Assembly (NCBI GenBank): GCA_027604505.1 | Contig: JADIIX010000029.1 | Span: forward strand, 62,001-126,000 | Reading direction: 5' to 3' | From: Gonapodya sp. JEL0774 | Lineage: Eukaryota | Length of the DNA: 64,000 nt | Notes under the pieces: generated by a model | Databases searched by the model: none | What the model saw: the letters and a program-made list of their open reading frames with translations, nothing else | Told to the model about the DNA's origin: nothing | Shown here: in pieces, positions 1 through 12,395 of the stretch | Layout of the letters: every line of letters starts with the position of its first letter | How positions within the stretch are numbered: the first letter of the stretch is position 1 | Position numbers and translations under genes: made by a program

Positions 1-3000
1 CCTTCTCGTCTGGAGATTCAGCTTGGATAGCAAAATGGGGGGCTATGGGCGTCGGCACGGTGTGGCATACCGCCAGGCAAGTCAAAAAGTGGCCCAGCAG
101 CGACGAATTGGGTTCGCTGGGGTCACTGTCACTCTCAGTCACACCGCTGTTGTTCGATTTCGAAAGCGGATCCGCATCTGCCAGGATCGTCTCCGACTTC
201 TCCCCCCGGCTCTCCCTAATTCCCCCCTGCACCACATCTAAATGTGGTCCCTCGGGGACCCCAGCCCTCATTCCCGCCCCACCCTGATCGCTGCCCAAAC
301 CACGCCTTCTCCTCGACAGCGTCCTCTCCAAGTTCCCTCCCAACTTCTCGTCCTCTGCGTGCATCAAGACCCCCCCTATCGAACACGACCGGAACTCCAT
401 CTTGTTCTGGGTTAAGGTACCCGTCTTATCGGACAAGACCACCTCGATCTGTCCCATATCGTCCATGACGTTCCAGTTGCGCGGGCGCGCACGCACTCCG
501 GTGCCGTCCACGCCGGGAAGACTTGTGTCGAGCATGTCGTCGTCTTCGGCGATGAAGTAGACTTGAAAGGCACGGGCGATTTCGATGGTGGTGTACAGAC
601 TGCGTCGGGGGACGAGGGACGGAGATTTCGGGTGCCGTCACCAGTTCGAGTGGTAAGAGTGGTGATTGGTCAGGATGACAAACAAACAAGGGAACTAAAA
701 GGGCTCCCACAGTGCCAGTCGCTCCATGCACTCAACTCCAGCTTTGCATTCCCACCCCGTCGTACCGCACTTCTCACCGAACCTCCGCCTCTCCACGCCT
801 CGATACAACCACCTTCGGTAGAACACTCCAGACGCACCTTATCGGAATAATTGTCTGAATGACAATCATACTCGTCCAAAACGTGATGAAGAAGCCGGCG
901 ATGTTGTTGTCGTGGTTTCCCTTTGCGAACAAAGGTGCCGGGTTCTCCTTACTGTAGGTCGCAAAGACGGCCACGTAGCGGGCAGAGGTGGCCATGGCCA
1001 TCAAGATCATGAGGACGAAGTTGAGAGTGACCTTTGGGTGGGAGGGAGGGAGGGGAGGGGCGGGGGAGGTTGAGTACCCCATGCTGTTATCTCCACACCC
1101 TCATCTGCCCTACGCCTTGCCCCAGTCTCCCCCAACCCACCATCACATTCATGACCCTCTCCGCCCTACTCTGCTTCCCCTTCACCTGCCCCCCGTTCCT
1201 GACCACCCTCGTATCGTGTCCCGTGTACACCACGATGCCCACGACCCACCCCGTGTTGCGTACCACTGCGCCCCGGAGCAGGAGGTTGGACAGGTCGAGG
1301 GGGAAGACGAGTGGGGGTGGAGGGGGAGTGGGAAGAGGAAGGGTGAGCGTCGCGGGGAGCGGGGTGGGGCGGGTGAGCGTCCCGGGGCGAGGGGCGAGCG
1401 AGGTGCGGCGGGTTGCGGGGACTAGAGATGATGGTGATGGCGAAGTGCCTGTTCCGCCACCGGTACCCAGGCCAGCTCCTGCACCTGCACCTCCACCTGC
1501 ACCGACTGTGGGGACCACCCTGCTCCCCCTCCTCCTCCACATCCCCCCTCCATTGTCCCTCTCCCGAGCTTCTTTCTCCACCTTCTCGCGCACCTCCCCG
1601 TCCACTACCACCAGCCTCCCCTGGAACTTGACCAGACTCGCGCTCGGCGGCTCTGCGTCCACGGCCATCCAAGTGGTCGCAAGACGGGCGAGCGCGCGGT
1701 GGAGGGCAGGGTCCCGGGTCGGATCTGTCGACGGGAAGCCTTCCGCGCCCGGGTCCGGGTCTGCGACTTTGGCGAGGTCGTCTCCTCGGAAACCGTAATC
1801 GTCAGGGGTCTCCGCGGCGGCGGCATCTCCACTCAGATACCCGTCGTCCCAGCCCACACACCAGCGACTCTTGAGGTTGGTCTCCCCGTCCAGACTCTTT
1901 GTCTCGAGGCGACACACCCCGGCTTTTTCTGAGCTGGCGAGCGGGACGATGTCGGCGGGCACGGCGTCGTCAGAACGGAGGAGGACCAGATCGCCGGGGA
2001 GGAGGGAATGCCATGGGACAAGGGGAAAGTGCGGGGTCGTCGGGGATGGTGGTGACGGAAGGTGTTGTTTTTGGGGGGACTGCGGGGACAGAGGGGTGTT
2101 GGAGGAGGCGGAGTATGTGGACGCGCGAGCCGTGGGGGACGGTGGAGGGTGGGACGAGGCGGAGGTGCTGGTGCCGGTTGTGGTGGGTTTCACCGGGGTG
2201 CCGTACCGGAGCAGTTTGTCCAGCCACCTTCCACCTTTGGCAACCCCACTGAGTCCAGCCGCCTCGTTGACATTTCGCCAGTCCTTGCCGAGGACGACCT
2301 TGAAGACGGTCTTGTCGTTGACCTCTCGGTCGTTCTGGTGCCTTCGCATGTCCTCGACGGCCTCCTTGAAGGCTGACACGAAGAGGACAAAGGCGATGCC
2401 GACGAGTTGGCCGACAGGGCTGGCGACTTCGAAGATGGGAAGGAACTGGGAGATAACCATGACTACGAAGTAGACGTTGGCGAGACGGTGGAACTGCCAC
2501 CTGGATGGGATGGCGGGTGGTGCGAGAGGATGTAGCAGGGTTAGAACGAGCGTATGACATACAGGGTGCGTGCAGATCGATTGGCGAAACAATAAGAAAA
2601 GGGGCATGGCGATCTATAAAACCACATCCGGACCGATCTCATGCCGACTTGTCACACATCTCTGCCCGTCGGCCCTGACACGCGTTGCAGTCAGGTCCAG
2701 GTGGCACAATCCAAACCAACTCACCATAGATTCTTTGGCAGAAAAGTGAGCGGAGTGTACTTGTAGGTTCTCACACGGTTGTCTGGGAAGGGTTGCTGGT
2801 GGAGGTATGGTGGAAGTGATGGTAATCTAGAGAGAGCGGACGATGAGACGGCCGTGAGCGCAGTGTGGGAGCGTTCCTTTGCAGGGGACGGAGGGGAGGG
2901 AGGGGAAGATGGGTGCGATTGAGAAGAAGCAGGGAAAGTGGGAGAAGTTGGGTTTGAGGCTGAGCCGTTGAGAAATGCGATTGAGCGGGCGTTGTGGATT

Positions 3001-3740
3001 GCTGCATCGTGGTTGGGTTGTTGGTGGTGGGGAGAGAACGAGGTTGTGGAGGGCGAGAGAGTCTGCGAGAGTCTTGACAGAGTGAGCGAGAGTCTTGAAG
3101 GGCGGGGTGCGTCAGAACCAGGGAGGGAGGGGAAGAGCGAGTGTGAAGCGTGCAGTTGCGGCGGGACGTTGAGGAACACCCGTCTGTGCGGCGATGCGGC
3201 TGCGGCGGCCGCTGAGGCGTCTGCAGCGTTTCTGAGAGACGCTGCGGTGGATCTGCGGCGGGGGAGCGAGTGTGTTGTTGCTTGTATGTTGAGGTTCGAG
3301 GGTGCTTTGAGGTGCGCGTTGGAATGCGAGGTGGACGGGTGCGCGTGCAGGGCAGCAGAAGACGCAGCAGTGGCCGAGTGCAGCACGGACACGGGGTGTG
3401 CTGCATGCGTTGTAGATGGATGGTTGTCCAGTGCGCCCGCGTGCTGTCCCTGCATTGCGGTGTGGTGAAGGCCGTGTCCGCTTCCCATACTTCCCATAGT
3501 CCCAACAGCACCACCCACACCAACACCGACACCACCCGCCTGCTGCGCATGTGAGTGCGAGTGCGCTCTCGCTCCCTCTGCGATGGTCACATGCAGCGGC
3601 GACAGCGGGGATGATCCAACCCCGATGCCTGCTCCACTCCCGGCAAAGACCCCGGCCCCATGCAGCGCCGAATCCCCACCCGGTGCTGCTGCTGTCGTCG
3701 ATGTTGCTGATGCCGTGTCCCCGCTCCCGTTGCTAGCCAT
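1..3740 (-). CDS. P4-type ATPase (phospholipid-transporting flippase), multi-exon, 3' part runs off the window start
   Basis: Exons ~3740-2725, 2500-1141, 1031-838 and 599-<1. Motifs: [30 protein letters not shown]; A-domain ETKSLDGETNLK; LLLRGAVVRNTGWVVGIVVYTGHDT; IIPI|SLYTTIEIARAFQ (PISL); phosphorylation motif SDKTGTLTQNKMEF at ~430-390; FLTCLAVCHTV near 90-55. Confidence 0.95.
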
Positions 3741-4978
3741 CTCCGGTGCTGGAAGTGTTGGCGGTCGGCTTTTCTCCCGTCGTCACTCTCGGGCCTCCCC
3801 GAGCTCGACCCCCCATCCACAATCTCACTGATCAGAAATATTTTCAAGTCTTGAACTTGAACTGTCTAGTAATAGTAAAGAACAACTTGTACTTCTTTGT
3901 TTACAATTTTCTTGTATTTCCTTTTCCCTCTTCATTTGCTGAGTTTACGTGTTGTATCACCACACAGAACATCGCACCATTATCCCCCACTCTTCCACCA
4001 ACTCGCAAGTAATTTCTTCACTTTGCTATTTCTCTTTTTACGCCCCACCAATTTCGGCGCAATGCGGTCCCGTACTGGTCCCATGCAGCATTGGCCAGGC
4101 AGGATGCGAACCTGTTCCCAACGCTGAGCTTCGAGGGCCGAGGGCGGGGGGGGAACAGCATCCAAAAAGGTCAGAATATAATGTAGCATGTTTGGGGTGC
4201 ATGGTAACACTGCTTTTGTTATGCAGTGCGCATTCTATCGACATGCATCTGACGGTTCTTTGCGAATGCCCCGGCAACCTTCGGCCAATCAGTCGTGGCG
4301 AGTTTGACAAGTATGGCCGTACAGGTGACAAGCATATCTCACTCCCTTCTGCCCCATTGGACGCATGGACAAAACCACTCCAACTTTTCAAGACGTGTTG
4401 CGCGCATTCCGTGCACTCAGCGGGAGTAAGCTCTCTTGTCAGAGTGTCCAGATTGCATGACCTGGTGGAGGGAGATGGGTGATGGGAAAGGAATATGGGA
4501 TGGACGGTGTGGCGTCGGTGATTTAAACACATCAATGGCCTGCGCCTCCTCCGGGTCATCTTCACAGACGTTTAAGCTCTCTATTATGTATGTAGCTCAT
4601 CACGTACATGAATAGAGCTAAATGCACCTCTTAACGACACATTAGCCCCATCCCCCCCCCCCCTACCCTGCCAGTGCTGTGCATTAGGTTGGGGGGCGCG
4701 GCCCCCACGATGAAATGGAAGCACGATGTGGCCACAATGCCTGTGCCGGTGCTTTGCGCTCGGAGAGGAGAGGAAAACGCCGACGTCATTAGTGTGTGGA
4801 TGATGATGAACAAATAAATATGCTGGTGAATAGGGCCGAATGAGATTTGCAGACACGGGGGGAAAGTTTGTGCAAAGTTTGTAACGAATGCCCGCACAGA
4901 CGGATGGTATAAAAGATCAACAGCACAAACACCAAGCACGCGCCACTTCAGATTCCAGGACGAAAACGGGCCTTGCCA

Positions 4979-5001
4979 TTTTTTTTTTTTTTTTTTTTTT
5001 T
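4979..5001. repeat. poly-T homopolymer (about 23 nt)
   Basis: Uninterrupted T run, directly visible in intergenic DNA. Confidence 0.9.
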
Positions 5002-5850
5002 CTTGAAAGCATTTGTGAGGTGAAATTCGTTCGAATTTGGGTGCGTGTCAACCTTGAATTCCCGATCATTCATCGCCACTCTCGGACTTGATAAATTCGT
5101 TCCACACTTCTTGCACACTCCAGACAAAGCTTCGCGACGGCCATCAGGGTTCACAAAAATCACTCTTTCTCGTACGATTGGATCCGCTCCGCAGGTTGAA
5201 TTCGCAAGAGAGTGAGTTTTGGTGGCAGTGCGGGCGACAGTGGTCGTGCCTCGGCTCACAGACCCGACGTCCTGGAAGGTCGAGAAAACAAACCCGCCGT
5301 GCAGGCGGATTTCTGCAGGTGGTCGGAGAGTGTGTTGTGGATCGAGAGGGAAGGGTTGGGGAGCAAAGGTTCGGGATTCATGTGGGTGGAAGGGAACAAA
5401 GGGCGGAGATGTGCTTGGTCGGATAGGGAAGGAATCACAGGGCACGAAGCACCTAAACAAACAAAACGAATGTGAATGGGACGGTCGAGGGGTTTGCCGT
5501 TCTGTCAGCCTGGCTGGGGGCCGAATCAACGTGTCTTCATCGTTCTCGTCTGGCAGAAGGTGGACGTCGTACAGATTGATTCTGTTGCTTTTTTTCAATT
5601 ATGTTTGCCTGTTTGCCCAAGACCCATAGTCAAATTTGTCACCTTCCTTGTACAGTCGCTCTCCTTTTGGAATTTTGGATGATTGTCCCAACGCACTCAC
5701 TCCCTCCACACCCTGTGTCGACTGATCAACACGCACATTGAACAATCCACATCGCATCCGAGAACCTCCACTGCTTCTGAACCTACAAATACCTTGTTGG
5801 TATCCTTTCTTCACACCATTCCCCCCCGTTGAATACCGCACGTCCGCCCA

Positions 5851-8800
5851 ATGCTTCCCTCGCTCATTTCACCTCCCGCTCTCGTCTCCGAAAACGAACG
5901 CGGAGGTGCCGGAGGCACAAGTGGAGCAGCTAGCGTCGTGCATAAGTCCATGGTCCGCCGCGTTAACGGTCTGCAACAACAGGACCACATCATCCACCCC
6001 CCTCGGAGCTCCAGTAGGGAAGGATGGCTTACCGGGACCTCCCCCCATCGTGGACCGGCAACAACAACGCCGATACAGTTGGGACTCGGCGCATCGCAGT
6101 CTTCGGCACCGCATCACGGAATGCAGTCCTTTCAACAGTATAAATCGGGGTATGCCGCCAGTGGAGCCGGCCAACAACTCCCAGTGGTGCCACATTTCAA
6201 TGCGCTAGGCCAGCATTCGCCATCGACATTTACAGCTATGAATCCCACGTCGTCTGGCCAGCAAGTTGCGATGGGTACCCGTACTATGAATCCGCCACCC
6301 CCTGCTCAACACCCCTCTTTGCCCCCAACCGGCATACATCATGTCGGGCACTCCCCACGGCCCCCGCAATTCACAAATCGTCTGCTCGACCAGAGCTCCC
6401 TGCCATCTGATATCCACCCATGGCACGACTCAACGGCTCCGTCCCCCCGGTCCATCCCGCTTTCCGCCACCGGAACGCCTTCATCGTCAGCCGGGCCGCC
6501 GGTATCCGCTTCTCCCCAAGAGCCTCGCAAGTCCATGTCATCGACTTACCTCACCACCGCGACTTCCTCGTCCGCGAACTCACTCTCCTTGTCCGCCTCC
6601 ACGTCGTCCCTCGGTGCGTCCACGGACCCGTATTCGGACAACCACGACGACGATCGCGCACTCCCGTACACTGTTGCAGATCGCATTCCTTTCAGCACGC
6701 TCTCGTTCGAAGACGATCCGGATGTGGAGCCTGACCAGAAGCTCCATACGGTGACCGATCCAGAACTCAGAGTTTATGACACCACAGCCGGCCGTGGTGA
6801 CACGAAACCGAACTCGGACAAGATTTCCGAACTCAATTTGAATGTAGAACTCCACTTTCAACGAAGCGGGCCTGCTGCGGAGGAAGCAGACGATGCTTTT
6901 GGGGAGGATGCTCTGGTGGTATTGGAGGAAGTTTCGGCGATTGATGCTGTGGAGGAGGTCGTAGGGGTGGATGGTGATAACCAAGGAGATGATGAATGGA
7001 ACATTGACGAAGGGATACACCACCAAACGGGGGCCAACACATCGACTCCTTATGTTTCCAACATTCCGCCTTCATCTTCCAGTGGCTCTTTCACGGCGTG
7101 GACTCAATCTTGGCCTTCTGTCTCCGACAACCACTACCCCCTGGTCACAACCACCCGCCCTCTCTCTGATGGCATTGCCAACCCGTCCAGCCAGACACGT
7201 TGGCGCCGGAAAACCGACGAAGTGACCACAACGACCCTGTCCAACAGAACCTCTCGCACGTTGGAGTCCGAGCAAATCCTCTCGCGGGTCTCGCGGGAGT
7301 CGGCGAACGTGGTGGTAGACGACGGTTTGAGCGAAGAGGAGCTTCGCAGTCTCGGACTGACGAGTGAGGAACTCGACAAGATGTTGGAGGAGATTCGAAA
7401 CAAAGTTGGAGAGCGAGATACAATGCGTGAAGCATCTCTTTCGTGAGCTCAACTATGCCCAATATGGCGTCTTCTTGAGTAAGTTTTGATTGCTGATATC
7501 TCAATGTTTTGCACTAGGGATGATCCAAAAGCCGGTTTCCTTCGCCGTCTGCTGTGCAGCTCTTTCGACTTTCGAGGACAAGGAGTGGACGATGCTCTCC
7601 GAACTTTCCTGCAGCATTTTGAACTCGCCAAGGAGAGCCAACAGATTGATCGGATGATCGATGCTTTCGCTGAGAGATATTGGAGGTGCAATGGAGGTGG
7701 CTGGTTGAGCAAGCGTGAGTGTTTTGAGACGATCCTTAGGGATGTCTACCTTCGAATTCTTTCTTTCTAAACACCATTCGATGCGTGTACAGACGAACCC
7801 CACGTACTCTCTGCATCACTGTTAATGCTCAACACAGACCTTTACTCACCTTACATTAGGAAAAAGATGACGAGGGAGGAATTCGTGGATAACACAAAAT
7901 TTGGCGACGGTAAAGATTTACCGAGCGAGTTGTTAGAGGTACGTGCTCATTCTTTGTACTATGTGATGTGGTTTGGCTTTTCTCTTTGCCAACCACTGCA
8001 CTCTGAGGTTGTGCTCTTACTTGTTTCACTTCACCCGGCCATAGATCCTCTATGAAAACATCAAATCACGACCTGTCCTTGCACTGAATACTCCCGCACA
8101 ATCCGTTTCCTCCAACATGCGCCAAGTCCCCAAATCGTCCATGTCCTCCTCGTCCTTCCCCAACTCCTCCTCATCCACATCACGTGCCACAACCCCACCA
8201 CCAAGTACTCAACACCCCCCACCGCCTCTGACGCCGCGGGCAGCATTCAAGGCTTTGGCGAACTTGGCTTGGAATCCGTCTACTGGGGCTTCAGGAGTTG
8301 GATTCGGTCGAGGGGACGATCTGGACGCCACACACGAAGCCGAAAGGCGAGCCGCGAGGGATGAGGTCGCGCGCGTGATGGATATGCGTGCCGTTTATGG
8401 TGTAGGAAAATGGGATGGAAGAAGTTCTCGTAGTGGCGACAGCCGCAGACATGCCAGGTCGCAGAGCGGGGCGAGCACCCGTAGTGGAGGAGGAACAACC
8501 ACTCCCAGGGGCAGCCGAGACAAGGACAGAGAACGACCGGGAACTGCAAGCGCCCAAGCAAGGGTGCGAAACTTGCAGATCTCAAGACATGCATCACTGC
8601 TCGGACCAAAACTTGTGAGCAGAGAATCACCTGGACAAAGCGGAGTTGTTACGGCGGTTGCAGGACAAATGTTAAGGTCCGCCACTGTCCCCGAAAGCGC
8701 GGTTGTAGTGGAAGGAGAAAGTCGACGAACGAGACCGAGGTCCATGGTTTTAGTGGGGCCCTCAGTGATGGACTCGGAAGGCTCTACAAGTGGTGGTCAA

Positions 8801-9634
8801 GCAATCGTCGGTCCCGTGCTTGCAGATGTTCAGTCTTCTACGCGGCGTAGCCCTACACACGCTAGATCTGCATCCGCTGTTGCAGGTGGATCTAGTGGCC
8901 GTCCATTCTCCATTGCGGGAGATTACGCTGTTGTAGGTCTTGGGAATGGACGGGAACTGGAAAACGATGACGACAGCACCAGGTTGCCGTGGTTCGATGC
9001 TACGGCGGAGGACATTGCTGCGAATGGCGCAACCCCTGTGGTCCGCCTTTCGTACACTGCCTTCGGTGCCCCTCAGATTGATACGGCCGATTCTGGGAAA
9101 GCCGCAATCCCGCCTCCCATGTCTGCCATCGCTACTCGACCCCCGTATTCGGAGCCAGCGAAGCTTGTTTTGGATCCTGTTGCTGCAACAATCACAGTAC
9201 ATCAGCCGCCGTTCCGGCAAGTGGGGCGAGAAATTCAGCTTTTCGCGGCAATGGCTCTTCGGCGGCCAGACGAACCTGGTGGTTGGCGTCTGTGTACGTC
9301 AACGGGGAAAGAGTTCCCTTTTGCTATGTTGGGAGGGGATCCCGAATGCGAACAATGGTGCGCAGCAGTGAATGCAGTGTGTGCCCACCGGACAGTTCGA
9401 GCCTGTAACATGGACTTCGCAGGAGCAATTGAAGCACGCGATAGAGAGGTCGAAAGGCTGGCGAGAGCGGTAAAGCTGGTGGAGCAAATTGGAACCACGA
9501 AACCATTGACGCAATGGGGGAAGAGGAGATGGAGAGAAGTGGTGCAAAAGGGTCTGGGGGAATGCTGGAGTGCCAAAGTAGGAGTCGAAAGGGCCGATGT
9601 ATGGTTGTGGTGGTTGGAAAGTACAAGGCAGTGA
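5851..9634 (+). CDS. Sec7-domain Arf guanine-nucleotide exchange factor with C-terminal PH-like domain (Syt1/EFA6-like)
   Basis: Exons ~5851-7442, 7518-7714, 7793-7938 and 8045-9634. Sec7 motifs: FDFRGQGVDDALRTFLQHFELAKESQQIDRMIDAFAERYWRCN (glutamic finger present), LLMLNTDLYSPYIRKKMTREEFVDNT, LPSELLE|ILYENI. PH-like C-terminal part: WRLCTSTGKEFPF...EQWCAAVNAVCA. Long disordered N-terminus. Confidence 0.9.
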
Positions 9635-9999
9635 AGCAGGCGTGCTGGTTTTTGGATATCGGTTATTCGAGACCAAGTTAATACTGTACTAATAACGTCG
9701 TGTTTGACGAAAGATCATTTTATAAGTGAGAACAAACGGTGAAACCACTGATCGTGGAACATTTTTCAGTCTGCCTCAAACGGTTGCTTCATTTACGTCA
9801 TTCACGAACGAACGTTGTGGCCTGAACATGTTTGTTTCTGTCGCAAGCGGTGTGAGTCCGGTGCATACATACCACCTTAGGCGTAACATGAATATGTATT
9901 CCGGACTCACTACAAGCCAATATCAGCACACGAGTGATTACATTACGTTCATGGCTTGTTCCGGATTCGCAAAACAAATTCGAGAGATTTGTGTCTAAC

Positions 10000-12171
10000 T
10001 CAGGCATCCCAAACTTTTACCTTGAAGCGTTCAAATGCTGCCTTCTCCAGGTGCTCTCGATGGGAAGGGTGAGCAATTCCTATTAGCAAGCGCGCACGTT
10101 CCAAGTAATTCTTGCCAAAGAGATTGACCGCTCCGTGCTCCGTTACAACCCATCGGATGTCTGAGGCCGGCAAACACGAAATGTCGTGGAAGGCATGAGA
10201 GCAAAGGTGCAGCTGGTGCAAAGTTACCCACGATATCTTGTTGTGGTTACTCCTGCCCCTCTTTTGAGTACCGGCACTATACGGCTTTCACCACTCGAAG
10301 TCACAGAAGGTAAACAAATGATAGGCACCCCGCCTTCCGATTGCCCTGCACCCGAGATGAAGTCCACTTGTCCCCCGACTCCCGAAATCTGGGTTTCACC
10401 GATGGAATCTTCGAGGGGCAAACATATGTTGGAGAACATCGAGAGTCCCAACGCGTCATTCTCAACATCGTTCCGATCGACAACAGGAACTCTCACCTGC
10501 ACACACTTGACCAGTCAGATCCACCTCAATCGCAGAGTTTATTGCAGTGACTCGTGGATTTTGGCGAATGATTGAGGGATCATTGGCGATTGCGGCATCA
10601 AGAAATGCTACCGACTGATTGTTGTGGAGAAACTATGAACATCACTTACAGTCAGCAAAGTTTTGAAGACGGGAGCGACGTTTCGAATACAGTAATGCTA
10701 TGGTTTGGCTACTAGCACTCACTTTATAGAGCCGGTCTGTTCCTACCGCAAATGTGCTAGTGGTAACTCCCGGCATAATCTTCGATCAAAAAGTTGGGCT
10801 AAACTTGACCGTTGTACGCGGGGCATTTATTTTTCGACCGAACCTTCTTATGAACGTTCGTAATGACACCTTTCTCGATCAGTTCCACGCATCCGTCTTG
10901 CAACATCTCCGTGTGCATACCGAGATCCTTATGGTTAGAAAGGTTCGCCAAAACAGCCTCCGGCATCCCTTGTGCAGTAAAGTACATGAACCACTATTAA
11001 TTGATTGGTCACGCAATCAATTGGCTGGATTGTGTAACTCACCGCCAATGCCCACCTGCAGTGTCGCGCCATCGGGGATCAGACCAGCTATAATTGAGCC
11101 GATCTTTCTGTCAACATCCTTCATTCTGAGCAGGCGATAATGGAAAAGGTGAAACAGTCAACCTGCAAACAATCAGGCAAAAAATGAAATGCCACTGCAA
11201 CCTGATCTCACCGAGTCGGAGCTTGCGGTTTCCGTCGGTCGTGTTCTACTACGTAGTCTAATGCCTCCATATGAATAAAAGACATGCCGTTCGTGCGTAC
11301 TTGATCTGCGGCAAACACACGAATGGTTTTCAAATATATATGGCTAATATTGTAGGTACTTGACTGGGTCGACTCACGCTTGTTGATGACAGCAACCACA
11401 ATGGGAGCTTGTTCCACTGCTGCGTATGCAGCTGTCAGCTCATCACCCAGTGAGCAGTATCCGTGCTCATCCGGAGGCGACACGGTGACGAATGCCACGT
11501 CCGGCTTGAGTGGCCCTTCGCGGATAGCGCGTGGGACCTCGGACACAAAGATGGGGACTAGAATGGGAATTTCCAGTGGACAGCGCTAAGGAAGTTTTAA
11601 TCTTGCTCCTGGGAAAGGCTGCGTCGTCCGTACCGTAAGAGCTACGCCCTGAAGCGACCGCATCTCGCATTGTTCCTCCAACGAAAAGATTATTGACGAA
11701 AACTGCGTCTGTGAGTTATTTCATGCGGAATCGTGTTCGTGAGATCTTTCGGGTGTGATAGTGAGTCGCAAAAAATGCTTGCCTTGAAGCTATAGAGCAG
11801 GGAAGCCTGTTACCACGTGGATCTAATTGTGTTCTCATATTGGTACAATCACTCACAGACTCCTCGGCCGTGGGGTTGGGGGTCTGGAGACCGTAGTGAA
11901 TCACTTCCACCTTGGGACCTGCCAAGAGATCTTTCCGCCTAGCGAGAGCCTCAAGCAGTGGTATGGCCTCGCTCGCGAACGAATGAGCATAGACACGATG
12001 CCCAGGCTTCACACATTGGACTGCCTCGTCCAGGGATGAGCAAAGAGTAGGCGGGCCTTTTCGAATGAAAAGCTGCCGGCGCGATGCAGGAATTGAACGG
12101 GCACTCCGTAAAGTACGAAGAGAGCTCGAAACTCCAAAGAACCCATTGTTAAGAATACGGGATGGCATCAT
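10000..12171 (-). CDS. Acetyl-CoA hydrolase/transferase family protein (4-hydroxybutyrate CoA-transferase-like, family I), predicted mitochondrial
   Basis: Many small exons. Motifs: PDVAFVTVSPPDEHGYCSLG; IPDGATLQVGIG; LGMHTEMLQDG (catalytic Glu); SGVGGQVDFISGA...PIICLPS...SRIVPVLKRGAGVTTTR; WVVTEHGAVNLFGK...LIGIAHPSHREHLEKAAFERF. The Arg/Ser-rich, acid-free N-terminus (MMPSRILNNGFFGVSSSLRTLRSARS) looks like a presequence. Start could also be 12219. Confidence 0.93.
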
Positions 12172-12395
12172 TTTGATTCCTGGTTTGTGTTTGGAACTGG
12201 TGGAAATCGGGCCGCTCATGATCACGTTTCCTTCCACCTATTGTTTCCATCCAATTTCTTTGGTATTACGATGGTGCGTACTACAAATTAGCTATTATTA
12301 AGTTAATATACATACTGCTGAGGAGAAGACGGAAACAGTGGTAAAATGAAAGTCTCAAATTCGCATAAAAAGTTGGGACGTGCCTAGCCCGTCAT

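Noticed and set aside
3949..5629. Several 100-200 aa ORFs between the P4-ATPase and Sec7 genes, including one running through the poly-T/poly-Lys tract
   Set aside because: No recognisable motifs or consistent splice chain; the poly-Lys is just the homopolymer. No evidence for a retroposed element (no target-site duplication identified).
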